This document shows, piece by piece, positions 52,348 to 60,970 of a stretch of DNA of 64,000 nucleotides (its first letter is position 1; each line of letters opens with the position of its first letter). The DNA is from an uncultured bacterium (lineage in GTDB: Bacteria; Planctomycetota; UBA1135; GCA-002686595), in the NCBI GenBank assembly GCA_943787795.1, contig CALSNU010000001.1:352001-416000 (forward strand). Direction: 5' to 3'. The notes under the pieces were generated by a model. That model did not search any database. It was not told the origin of the DNA and worked only from the letters and a program-made list of their open reading frames with translations. The position numbers and the translations under genes are program-made.

Positions 52348-52830
52348 GTGGAGCGTACACAAGGAGCGGACCCACGGCGGATGCCCGCTCGATCGCCGAG
52401 GGGGGTCGCGCGCGGCCGTGGGGGGAGCCTGGCCCTGATCTTGCTGGTCGGATGGTGGGGAGGGACCCTGGTGTCAGAGCACCGTGAAGCCCTCGCAGCG
52501 ACCCGGTGGTCGCAAGCCCTCGAGCTCGGGAGAGGCGCGCTCCCGGCGGAGTCCTGGCTGCCCCATCCCAGGGCCCTTCGTCGGGCCGCAGGGGTGGGGC
52601 CGAGGCGCTCGGTGGACCTGGCTCGATACCTCTGGGCTGAGGGTCCGGACGCCGACCTCGAGGCCCTCGCTGGCATCGGGCCCCGCACGGCCCGAGCGGC
52701 GCGCCAGGCCCTCGCCGAGGCTCCGACCGCGCCACTTGGGGCGCTCGGGCCGCCCTCGGCTGGATCACAGACGGGAACGGCGTCAGGTCATCAGGGCGGG
52801 AGCCCCTCCATGGTCGTGCCGGGTGGCTAG
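52348..52830 (+). CDS. Helix-hairpin-helix protein (ComEA-like)
   Basis: N-terminal hydrophobic anchor; two HhH motifs LRRAAGVGPRR and LEALAGIGPRTA. Confidence 0.6.
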   Translation: MERTQGADPRRMPARSPRGVARGRGGSLALILLVGWWGGTLVSEHREALAATRWSQALELGRGALPAESWLPHPRALRRAAGVGPRRSVDLARYLWAEGPDADLEALAGIGPRTARAARQALAEAPTAPLGALGPPSAGSQTGTASGHQGGSPSMVVPGG

Positions 52831-52901
52831 ACTATTCGGCGCCCTTGCGATGGGTCGCATCGGCAGCCCACCGTGCTCTCGGCACCGCGCTTCAGACGAC
52901 G

Positions 52902-54323
52902 ATGAACCCCGGAGATTTCAACCAGGCGCTCGACGAGGTCCTCTGCCGGGCGCTCTCCGAGGATCTCGGGATCGAGGTCAGGGCGGATACGCGGGTGGAG
53001 GACCTCGTCGGTCAGGACGTGACCACGCGCAACGCCGTGGGAGCGGGGGTCATCGGTCGGGCGACTCTGATCGCGAAGGAGGCCGGAGTCTTCGCCGGAG
53101 GGGCCATCTTCGAGCGCATCCTCCGGATGCTCGACCCCCGCTCGGCGGTGGACGCCGTCGTGCCCGACGGGCAGCTCATCGTCCCTGGAGACATTGTGCT
53201 CCATGCACGCGGTGAGGCCCGCGCGCTGCTCGTGGCCGAGCGAACGGCCCTCAACCTGGTGCAGCGCATGTCAGGCGTCGCCTCCCGGACCCGGGAGGCC
53301 GTCGACCAGGTCGAGGGGACGGGGGTCCGCATCCTCGACACGCGCAAGACGGCCCCCGGCCTCCGTCTCCTGGACAAGTACGCCGTGCGGGTCGGGGGTG
53401 GGGTCAACCATCGGATCGGGCTCTACGACGAGGCGATGGTGAAGGAGAACCACATCGACCTCTCGGGCCGGACCGTCGAGGTGCTCCTGGCGGATCTCCG
53501 CGCGGACGTCGGGCCCGCCGTGACGATCACCTGCGAGGCTCGTGACCCCGCGGAGGCCGAGGCCGCCGTGCGTGGGGACGCGGACGTTGTATTGCTCGAC
53601 AACATGACGCCCGACCAGATGTCCGCGCTGGTCCCTGCGCTACGAGAGCTGGCGGGCAGCCGTGGCCGCCCGGTCGCCCTGGAGGCGTCGGGGGGGATCA
53701 CCCTTGAGGCGCTCTCCGCTGTCGCTGGCACCGGCGTGGATCGGATCTCCATGGGAGCGCTGACCCACTCGCCAAGGGCCCTTGACCTCTCCCTCCAGCT
53801 GAGCTTCGTCGTCCCGGAGGAGGGGCCGAGCTCGGAGGTGCAGTGCGTTCAGTCCAGTGATGGCACGCTCGAGCTGGACCTCCCCGCCACCCACGCCCAC
53901 GGGCGGATGGCGCGGCGGGTCGCGACCCACTTCGCCGAAGAGCGAGGTCTCAGCAGCCAGCTGATCGAGACCTTCCAATTCGTGGTGGGGGAGCTCGTGG
54001 ACAACGCGATCGACCACGGCGGGGGGGACGCCGCGCATCACCTCTCCGACCTCGCGAGCGACGTGCGGGTGCGCATGGTTGTCCGGCTGGACGCTGATGC
54101 CGGGGACGGCCGCGCCTGGGCTGTCCGGGTGGACGATCAAGGGGGAGGAGACGTGGCCGCCGTCGAGGGCTTCATTCGACCCGAGAGTGGGTTCCCTGAC
54201 CTCGAGGACGAGCGCGGGCGCGGGCTGTTTCTGCTCGCAGAGATGGTCGACCACCTCGAGGTGACCCTCTCTCCGGACGGAAAGGGGCTCAGCCTGGAAG
54301 CCACCATGGACTCGAATGCCTGA
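52902..54323 (+). CDS. nadC: Quinolinate phosphoribosyltransferase fused to a C-terminal RsbW-like HATPase domain
   Basis: ERTALN, DTRKT.PG.R, NHRIGL, KENH, LLDNM, EASGGI, GALTHS; then ELVDNAIDHG, DQGGG, GRGLFL. Confidence 0.9.
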   Translation: MNPGDFNQALDEVLCRALSEDLGIEVRADTRVEDLVGQDVTTRNAVGAGVIGRATLIAKEAGVFAGGAIFERILRMLDPRSAVDAVVPDGQLIVPGDIVLHARGEARALLVAERTALNLVQRMSGVASRTREAVDQVEGTGVRILDTRKTAPGLRLLDKYAVRVGGGVNHRIGLYDEAMVKENHIDLSGRTVEVLLADLRADVGPAVTITCEARDPAEAEAAVRGDADVVLLDNMTPDQMSALVPALRELAGSRGRPVALEASGGITLEALSAVAGTGVDRISMGALTHSPRALDLSLQLSFVVPEEGPSSEVQCVQSSDGTLELDLPATHAHGRMARRVATHFAEERGLSSQLIETFQFVVGELVDNAIDHGGGDAAHHLSDLASDVRVRMVVRLDADAGDGRAWAVRVDDQGGGDVAAVEGFIRPESGFPDLEDERGRGLFLLAEMVDHLEVTLSPDGKGLSLEATMDSNA

Positions 54324-54888
54324 GACCACGTTGCCCTCCGCAGGTGAGAGGTGGCTGCGAGGCGCGGGGCAGGTGCTGCTGGCCCAGCCGCGATGGCTCT
54401 CCTGGCTCGCTCCCATCGCCTGGGCTGCCGCCATCTTCAGCCTGTCGGCGTCGGATGGCGTGCTGGAGGATCTCCCGGTCCTGCCCTTCCAGGGGTTCAT
54501 CTGGAACTTCGCGCACCCCGTCGTCTTCGGTGTGCTCGCCCTGCTGGTCGTCCCGGTGGCGCCGAGGCGGGTCGAGGGCGGTCGTCGCTGGACGGCCATG
54601 AGCGCCATCGGCGCCGTCTGGACCGTCGTCTTGGTGACGCTCTACGGGTTCACGGACGAGCTCCACCAGTCCACGGTGCCTGGGCGGGATGCCTCTCTCC
54701 TGGACGTGCTCTCCGACGGGGTCGGGGCCTCGGCGGTCATCGTGGTCGTGCTCTACCTGGGGCGGGATGAGCCCAATCCAGGCGGGCTGCGAATTCGCCT
54801 CCTGGGGGGCTTGATCGGCTGCATGGGCGCAGCCGCGCTCGCGACCGCTTGGGACATTCGTCACAGCGAAGGGCTCTGGCCGTTCTGA
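54316..54888 (+). CDS. VanZ-like membrane protein
   Basis: WAAAIF.LS, AH...FG.L, YGFTDELHQS.VPGR..S..D. Confidence 0.85.
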   Translation: MPETTLPSAGERWLRGAGQVLLAQPRWLSWLAPIAWAAAIFSLSASDGVLEDLPVLPFQGFIWNFAHPVVFGVLALLVVPVAPRRVEGGRRWTAMSAIGAVWTVVLVTLYGFTDELHQSTVPGRDASLLDVLSDGVGASAVIVVVLYLGRDEPNPGGLRIRLLGGLIGCMGAAALATAWDIRHSEGLWPF

Positions 54889-54931
54889 GCCCTCCCCCGC
54901 GAGCCGTGCGCGTAGACTCGCGCGCCGAATC

Positions 54932-56362
54932 ATGAGCGAAGAGCAGTACACCAGCCCACTTGGGGCGCGCTATGCCAGCCGGGAGATGCGCGCCAACTTC
55001 TCCGACCGCACCAAGTTCACGACCTGGCGTCGCCTCTGGATCGCCCTCGCGGAGTCCGAGCAGGAGCTCGGCCTCGCGATCAGCGATGAGCAGCTGGACG
55101 AGCTGCGAGCGCACGCCACGGACCTGGACCTTGAGCTCGCGGCGAAGTACGAGAAGGAGCTCCGCCACGACGTCATGGCCCACGTTCACGCGTGGGGCGA
55201 CGTCTGCCCGAAGGCGCGGCCGATCATCCACCTCGGGGCGACGTCTTGCTACGTCGGCGACAACACCGACCTGATCATCATGCGCGAGGGGCTGCGGCAG
55301 CTCCGCGGCCAGATGGTCGGCGTCCTGGCCGAGCTCGCGGCCTTCGCGCGCGAGTGGAAGGACCTGCCCACCCTCGGGTTCACGCACTTCCAGCCCGCGC
55401 AGGCCACCACGGTCGGCAAGCGAGCCTGCCTCTGGATCCAGGACCTCGTGCACGACCTCGACGACCTTGAGCAGGTCGAGTCCCAGATCCGCTTCCGGGG
55501 CGTGAAGGGGACGACGGGCACCCAGGCCAGCTTCCTCGAGCTGTTCGATGGGGATCACGGAAAGGTCCGCAAGCTCGATGAGCTGGTCACCGCCAAGATG
55601 GGCTTCGACCGCACCTTCGGCGTCACTGGACAGACCTACCCGCGCAAGCTCGACTTCCGCGTCCTGCAGGTCCTCTCCTCGATCTCGCAGTCGGCTCATA
55701 AGTTCGCGACGGACCTCCGCCTGCTGGCGAACAAGCGCGAGCTCGAGGAGCCGTTCGGTAGCAAGCAGATCGGCTCGTCCGCGATGCCGTGGAAGCGCAA
55801 CCCCATGCGCTCCGAGCGCATCTGCGCGCTCTCACGCTTCGTCATCGAGCTGGTGGGCAACGCGGCGCACACCGCGGCCAACCAGTGGCTCGAGCGCACC
55901 CTGGATGATTCTGCGAACCGCCGGCTCTCCATCGCCGAGGGATTCCTCGCCACGGACGCGGTGCTCAGCCTCTACTGCGACGTTGCGGGTGGCCTCCTCG
56001 TACATCCCCCGATCGTCGCCCGCCATCTGGACGCCGAGCTCCCGTTCCTCGCCTCCGAGGCGGTGATGATGGAGGCGGTCAAGGCCGGCGGTGACCGCCA
56101 GGATCTCCACGAGCGGATCCGGGTCCACAGCCACGCCGCCGCTGGAGAGCTCAAGGCGGGCCGGGAGCCGGACCTGCGGGAGCGGCTGGCGAGCGACCCG
56201 GCCTTCGAGGCCGTGGCTGGCCGTCTGGACGACCTCCTCGACGGCCGACGCTACGTCGGGCGGGCCCCGGAGCAGGTCGAGGAGTTCCTCGAGGCCGAGG
56301 TGGATCCGGTCCTGAGCAAGTACGCCGACATCGCCCGCCGTGAGGCCGAGATCCGGGTCTGA
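54932..56362 (+). CDS. purB: Adenylosuccinate lyase
   Basis: RHDVMAH, IHLGATS, GFTHFQPAQ, GSSAMPWKRNP, ERTLDDSA. Confidence 0.96.
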   Translation: MSEEQYTSPLGARYASREMRANFSDRTKFTTWRRLWIALAESEQELGLAISDEQLDELRAHATDLDLELAAKYEKELRHDVMAHVHAWGDVCPKARPIIHLGATSCYVGDNTDLIIMREGLRQLRGQMVGVLAELAAFAREWKDLPTLGFTHFQPAQATTVGKRACLWIQDLVHDLDDLEQVESQIRFRGVKGTTGTQASFLELFDGDHGKVRKLDELVTAKMGFDRTFGVTGQTYPRKLDFRVLQVLSSISQSAHKFATDLRLLANKRELEEPFGSKQIGSSAMPWKRNPMRSERICALSRFVIELVGNAAHTAANQWLERTLDDSANRRLSIAEGFLATDAVLSLYCDVAGGLLVHPPIVARHLDAELPFLASEAVMMEAVKAGGDRQDLHERIRVHSHAAAGELKAGREPDLRERLASDPAFEAVAGRLDDLLDGRRYVGRAPEQVEEFLEAEVDPVLSKYADIARREAEIRV

Positions 56363-56583
56363 GGCGGCGTGTGGCCCCCTCAGGGCGTTCCAGGAAGGGG
56401 GTGGGCTGAGTCATTTGTCGCAGGCCGCGTCGGAGTCCGATGCCACGGATTGACACACGCTCGGTCCGCTTGCAATCTCCCCGCGAGCAGACCGAGTGGC
56501 CTGGCCCGACCTGACCTCTGTCAGCCGGATAGCGTTTGCCACCACGAACCCTCGAGCGCACCCCCAGATCCCCCCCAACGCAC

Positions 56584-57510
56584 GTGACCAAGCCCGGAAT
56601 CCCCAACGACCTCGTCCTGTCGACGTCGTGCTACGGCCCACGGCTGCGTTCCATCGAGGACCAGGCGTTCTCGGCGGTGGCGATGGGCTTCCGGAGGCTG
56701 GAGCTGGGGCTCTCTGCGACGCCTCCGGAGCTGCGGGGGTGGGACGACGCTCGCCGTGAGACCGGGATCGAGATGTCCTGCGTCGTCGTGGGGTCGCTCA
56801 AGCCCAAGACCCCGTCCATGACGGGGAGCATGCTCGGCAGCCTGGACGCGGATCAGCGCGAGATGGCGCTCAACAGCTCGCGGCGTCACGTTCAGCTTGC
56901 CCAGAGTCTCGGCGCGCCGGTGGTCATCCTCCGCGGCTGCGCGGTGGAGGACGCCAAGCTCGAGCGCGAGGCGGCGAAGCTCCTCGACGAGCACTCCAGC
57001 ACCCACGTGGACGACCTCGACATCGTCAAGGAGCGTACGCGGGACTTCGTCCATCGCCTCCAGGCGAAGTCGCAGCGTCAGGTGGAGCACTTCTGCCGCT
57101 CCGTGCACACCCTGCGCACCGAGTTCCCTGAGACCTTCTTCGCCATCGCGCCGGGCAACGACCTCGACGACCTCTTCGGCTTCGAGGCGGTGCAGTGGAT
57201 CCTCGACGATCTGGCGGCTCACAAGGTCGGGTACTGGCACGACACGGCCCGGATTCATCGCCGCGGCAAGCTCGGGATTCCCGATCAGGGCGCCTGGCTG
57301 GAGGCCTTCTCGGGCCGTGCGCTCGGCGTGCACCTGCGGGACGCCACGGACTCCGATTTCGGGCTCCCGCCGAGCCTCGGCGAGGTGGACTTCAAGCTGG
57401 TCAGCGAGTACCTGCCAAAGGACTGCGCCCGGGTCGTCGATGTCGACCCGACCCACGGGCGACCGGAGGTCCTGGCGTCCGTTCAGTTCCTCCTGGGGCT
57501 GGGCTTCTAG
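56584..57510 (+). CDS. Sugar phosphate isomerase/epimerase-like TIM barrel (AP endonuclease 2 family)
   Basis: LSTS, GFRRLELG, GYWHDT, VHLRD, GEVDF. Confidence 0.8.
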   Translation: MTKPGIPNDLVLSTSCYGPRLRSIEDQAFSAVAMGFRRLELGLSATPPELRGWDDARRETGIEMSCVVVGSLKPKTPSMTGSMLGSLDADQREMALNSSRRHVQLAQSLGAPVVILRGCAVEDAKLEREAAKLLDEHSSTHVDDLDIVKERTRDFVHRLQAKSQRQVEHFCRSVHTLRTEFPETFFAIAPGNDLDDLFGFEAVQWILDDLAAHKVGYWHDTARIHRRGKLGIPDQGAWLEAFSGRALGVHLRDATDSDFGLPPSLGEVDFKLVSEYLPKDCARVVDVDPTHGRPEVLASVQFLLGLGF

Positions 57511-57716
57511 CCTCCGGTGACGCGCCCCGCGTGCTGGGGCGCCGGGATGGCCGGTCTCGCAACGGGCTGAATTCGCCAGTTGGCTAGAAGTCTCTTTGGC
57601 GTAAAGGCTTAGAGGTCAATGGGGGGCCAGTTCTCGGAGAGGGTCATGGCCTCGTCCCCCCCGAAGGCTCGATAATGCTCCGTCGCGCACCGCGTTCCTC
57701 GGTGCGCACATCTGCC

Positions 57717-58880
57717 ATGACCGAAACCTCCAATGGTCCGACGGCGGCCCCGGCCGACCGCCGGCTCGATCTGCCGCACCCGCTCGATGAAGGAGCCGCT
57801 CCTCGCTTCGGCGGGACGGCGCCGGTGGAGCACCTGCGTGGAGTCCTGTCCGCGTGCTGCGAGTCGAGCGCTTCGGAGGTCCGTGGGCGCTTCCTGATCC
57901 TCACCCACATGGGGCCGGACCCTGACGCGCTGGGGGCCTGCGAGGGCCTCCGGCTGCTCCTGGAGAAGGGGTTCGGGCACGACTGCGTGGTCGCCACCCA
58001 CGGCAAGGTGCACCGAGCGGAGAACGTGGCGCTGCTCGAGACGTTGGAGCTCGATCTGGCGGACTACGAGTCCACGGACGTGAGCGGCTTCTGCGGCGTG
58101 CTCCTGGTGGACACCCAGCCCGCGTTCCGGCACACGGTCGTCCCCGCCGCGCCCGCGGTCGTGGCGGTCTTTGATCATCACCGCTCGCCGCAGTCCGATG
58201 CCGGCGCGAGAGAGATCCCTCACGAGGACGTTCGTGTCGACCTCGGCGCCACGTCATCGATCCTCTTCGAGTACCTGCGTGACGCTGGCGTGGCGCTCGA
58301 CGAGCGCACCGCGTCCGCCCTGTTCTGCGGCATCCGGTACGACACCGCAGACCTGTCGAGGAACGCCTCTCCGCTCGACGAGGAGGCGTACATCGAGACC
58401 TTCAAGCTGGGGGACCGCCCCCGGATCGCGGCGATTGACAACCCGCCGCTCTCCCGCAGCTACTACCGGCACGTGGCCCAGGCGCTGACGACGGCCCGCC
58501 AGCACGGCCCGCTGATCATCGCGCTCCTCGGGCGGGTCGAGAACCCGGAGCACGTCGCGGAGATGGCCGACTTCTTCCTTCGGATGAAGGGCTGCTCCTG
58601 GGTCGTTGCGGGGGGGGCGTTCGAGGAGTCCTACGTGCTCTCGTTGCGGACCGACTACTCGTTCGGCAAGGCCTACCCCCTCATCGAGCGCGTGCTCGGA
58701 GACGAGGGGTCCTTCGGTGGTCATGGACACATCGCGGGTGGGCGGATCCCCATGGAGGACCCCGGGCAGAGCGCCATCGGGAGCATCGAGCGGCGGCTGC
58801 TCAAGAACGCGTTGGCGGTCATCTCAGCGTCCAGCGAGGACGGGGCCGAGGCCCCCGACGGTCGCCGGCTTGATGAGTAG
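57717..58880 (+). CDS. DHH-family phosphoesterase
   Basis: THMGPDPDA, LVDTQP, FDHH, GATSS, GIRYDT, GGHGHIAGG. Confidence 0.9.
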   Translation: MTETSNGPTAAPADRRLDLPHPLDEGAAPRFGGTAPVEHLRGVLSACCESSASEVRGRFLILTHMGPDPDALGACEGLRLLLEKGFGHDCVVATHGKVHRAENVALLETLELDLADYESTDVSGFCGVLLVDTQPAFRHTVVPAAPAVVAVFDHHRSPQSDAGAREIPHEDVRVDLGATSSILFEYLRDAGVALDERTASALFCGIRYDTADLSRNASPLDEEAYIETFKLGDRPRIAAIDNPPLSRSYYRHVAQALTTARQHGPLIIALLGRVENPEHVAEMADFFLRMKGCSWVVAGGAFEESYVLSLRTDYSFGKAYPLIERVLGDEGSFGGHGHIAGGRIPMEDPGQSAIGSIERRLLKNALAVISASSEDGAEAPDGRRLDE

Positions 58881-58913
58881 GTTCCGGCGCCCCGCGTCGG
58901 ATAGGCTCTGCCC

Positions 58914-59702
58914 ATGAGCAGAGCAGATGCAGCGTCCCTCCCCGAGGTGCTCCTGGTGGGCGGCGTGGACTCCTCCGGCGGCGCCGGCCTCGACGCAGAT
59001 CGGGAGGCGGCCCTCGCCCTCGAGTGCGCCTCCCACGAGGTCGCCAGCGCCATCACGGACCAGGACCTCTTCGAGGTGCGTCGGGTCGAGGAGCGGATGA
59101 TGTGGGCTGGAGAGGCGGAGGCACACCTGGACGGTGGCCAGCTCGCGGTCATGAAGTTCGGGCTCCTGCCCGGCGTCGCCTCGATCGTGGAGGCCGCGCG
59201 GCTCATCGCCCGGGGCCGTCACGGGGCCCGTCGGATCCCGGCGGTGGTCGATCCGGTCATCAAGGCGTCCAGCGGCTACAGGTTCTGGTCGGACCGAGAG
59301 ATCGTCCAGGCGCGGGACAGCCTCCTGGTCTCGGGGCCCATCCTGACTCCCAACCTCGACGAGCTCGCCGAGCTCACCTGGTCTGATCGCGCCGAGATCG
59401 ACCGTTCCCCCGACGCCCGGGTCCAGGCGGCGGACCGTCTTCTACGAGCGGGCGTGAGCGGGGTGGTGGCCACCGGGGGGCATGGATCGGACGGAGAAGT
59501 GGTGCGCGATCTCGTCCTGGAACCCGGAGCGGAGCCGATCTGGGTGGACCGCCCTCGGGTTCCGGGCGAGGGGATTCGCGGCTCGGGATGCCGGTTCGCG
59601 GCCGCCCTGGCGTGTGGCCTGGCCCGGGGAGCCCCCCTTGCCGAGGCCGCCCGCACCGCCGGAGACTTTGTCTCCGGCCGGATCAGGGAGTCGAACTCCT
59701 AG
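58914..59702 (+). CDS. thiD: Hydroxymethylpyrimidine/phosphomethylpyrimidine kinase
   Basis: GVDSSGGAGLDAD, KFGLL, VDPV, TPNLDEL, GGH, RGSGC. Confidence 0.88.
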   Translation: MSRADAASLPEVLLVGGVDSSGGAGLDADREAALALECASHEVASAITDQDLFEVRRVEERMMWAGEAEAHLDGGQLAVMKFGLLPGVASIVEAARLIARGRHGARRIPAVVDPVIKASSGYRFWSDREIVQARDSLLVSGPILTPNLDELAELTWSDRAEIDRSPDARVQAADRLLRAGVSGVVATGGHGSDGEVVRDLVLEPGAEPIWVDRPRVPGEGIRGSGCRFAAALACGLARGAPLAEAARTAGDFVSGRIRESNS

Positions 59703-59730
59703 GGGTTGGGCAGGTTCTTTGTGCTCGGGG

Positions 59731-59758
59731 TTGCCTCTCCCGGCTCGCGAGCTATCCT
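59731..59758 (+). promoter_or_regulatory. Putative sigma70-type promoter of the tRNA gene
   Basis: TTGCCT-N16-TATCCT ending 10 nt before the tRNA. Confidence 0.4.
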
Positions 59759-59768
59759 TCTCCGCGAC

Positions 59769-59843
59769 GCGGCTGTAGCTCAGTGGTAGAGCGCAACCTT
59801 GCCAAGGTTGATGTCGTGAGTTCGAATCTCATCAGCCGCTCCA
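59769..59843 (+). tRNA. tRNA-Gly (anticodon GCC), CCA encoded
   Basis: Acceptor stem GCGGCTG/CAGCCGC, D arm AGCTCAGTGGTAGAGC, anticodon arm CAACC-TTGCCAA-GGTTG, T loop TTCGAAT, 3' TCCA. Confidence 0.97.
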
Positions 59844-59854
59844 TCATCCAACAG

Positions 59855-59893
59855 AACGCCGTTCCGACCCTGGTCGGGGCGGCGTTTTGCTTT
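59855..59893 (+). terminator. Intrinsic terminator of tRNA-Gly
   Basis: AACGCCGTTCCGACC/GGTCGGGGCGGCGTT hairpin followed by TTGCTTT. Confidence 0.8.
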
Positions 59894-60015
59894 GCCCCGT
59901 AGCTTCCGCAGCCCCGCAGCTCCCGGAGCCTCGGCGCGCGTAGCGACTCGTGGGGCCCAGCGCTCGCGGGGGCCGGGCGGTGAGCCTTAGGCGCCGCAAG
60001 ACCCGGGTCCTTGAC

Positions 60016-60079
60016 TGAGTCGACGACATGAGCCGACGACATGAGCCGACGACATGAGTCGACGACATGAGTCGACGAC
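60016..60079. repeat. 13-bp tandem repeat x5 (TGAGYCGACGACA)
   Basis: Units start at 60016, 60029, 60042, 60055 and 60068. Confidence 0.9.
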
Positions 60080-60134
60080 TGAGCCTCAGCGCAGAACAGC
60101 GGCAGAGTCCTCGACCCTGGACCTGGCCGACAGC

Positions 60135-60953
60135 TCAGCCGACGTGGATGGTGCCGCGCAGGTAGATCCTGGCGCCGCCGGCCATCCGGACTCGATCGCC
60201 CTCGAGCTCGCACCGCAGCCGTCCGCCGCGGGCCGACACCTGCCGGGCCGTGAGCTCGTGCTTGCCCAGGTGGGCGGCCCAGTAGGGGACCAGCTGGCAA
60301 TGGGCCGAGCCCGTGACCGGGTCCTCGAGCACGCCGAGGGTGGGGGCGAAGAAGCGGCTGACGAAGTCCACGCCCGGTGACGCGCTCGCCGCGGTGGCGA
60401 TGATGGGGATCGCGGCGCGGCGCAGGTGGTCCTCCCGGGGATCCAGGGCGCGGACAGCCTCCTCGGAGGGGAGGACGGCGAGGGCGTAGCGGTGGAGGAA
60501 GACCGCCTCCACGGGCGCGTCGAGGGCGCGCTCGATCGCGTCGAGCTGGTCGGGGCCAGGGGCGCGGGTCGGGACCGCAGCGGGAAGGTCAATCTCCACC
60601 TGATCTCCGCCTCCGAGCGAGGCGGTCAGGGGGCCGCTCCGGGTGGAGAAGTGAACCTGCGTCGCGCCGTCGAGGGCTCCAAGATCTCGAAGCGCGGCGG
60701 CCGCGCCCAGGGTGGCGTGGCCGCAGAGGTCAACCTCGGTCGTGGGAGTGAACCACCGCAGGGCAAACGTGGGGGCGTCGCCCTCCGCGTCGGGGATGGG
60801 CGCCGTGAACGCGGTCTCCGAGAGGTTGTTCTCCTCGGCGATCTGCTGCATCAGCCCATCGTGGATGGGCTCCTCGAGGGGCACGACGGCGGCAGGGTTG
60901 CCGGTGAAGGGGCCTTCCTCGAAGGCGTCGACCTGAAACAAGGGGAGCTGCAT
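60135..60953 (-). CDS. PhzF-family isomerase
   Basis: QVDAF...GNPAAV, NLSETAF, RWFTP..EVDLCGHATL, EDPVTGSAH. Confidence 0.93.
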   Translation of the reverse strand: MQLPLFQVDAFEEGPFTGNPAAVVPLEEPIHDGLMQQIAEENNLSETAFTAPIPDAEGDAPTFALRWFTPTTEVDLCGHATLGAAAALRDLGALDGATQVHFSTRSGPLTASLGGGDQVEIDLPAAVPTRAPGPDQLDAIERALDAPVEAVFLHRYALAVLPSEEAVRALDPREDHLRRAAIPIIATAASASPGVDFVSRFFAPTLGVLEDPVTGSAHCQLVPYWAAHLGKHELTARQVSARGGRLRCELEGDRVRMAGGARIYLRGTIHVG

Positions 60954-60970
60954 GGGTACGATCGGCAGGC

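Noticed and set aside
59769..60134. Genomic island integrated at tRNA-Gly
   Set aside because: No integrase, no duplicated tRNA 3' end noticed, and the flanking genes are ordinary
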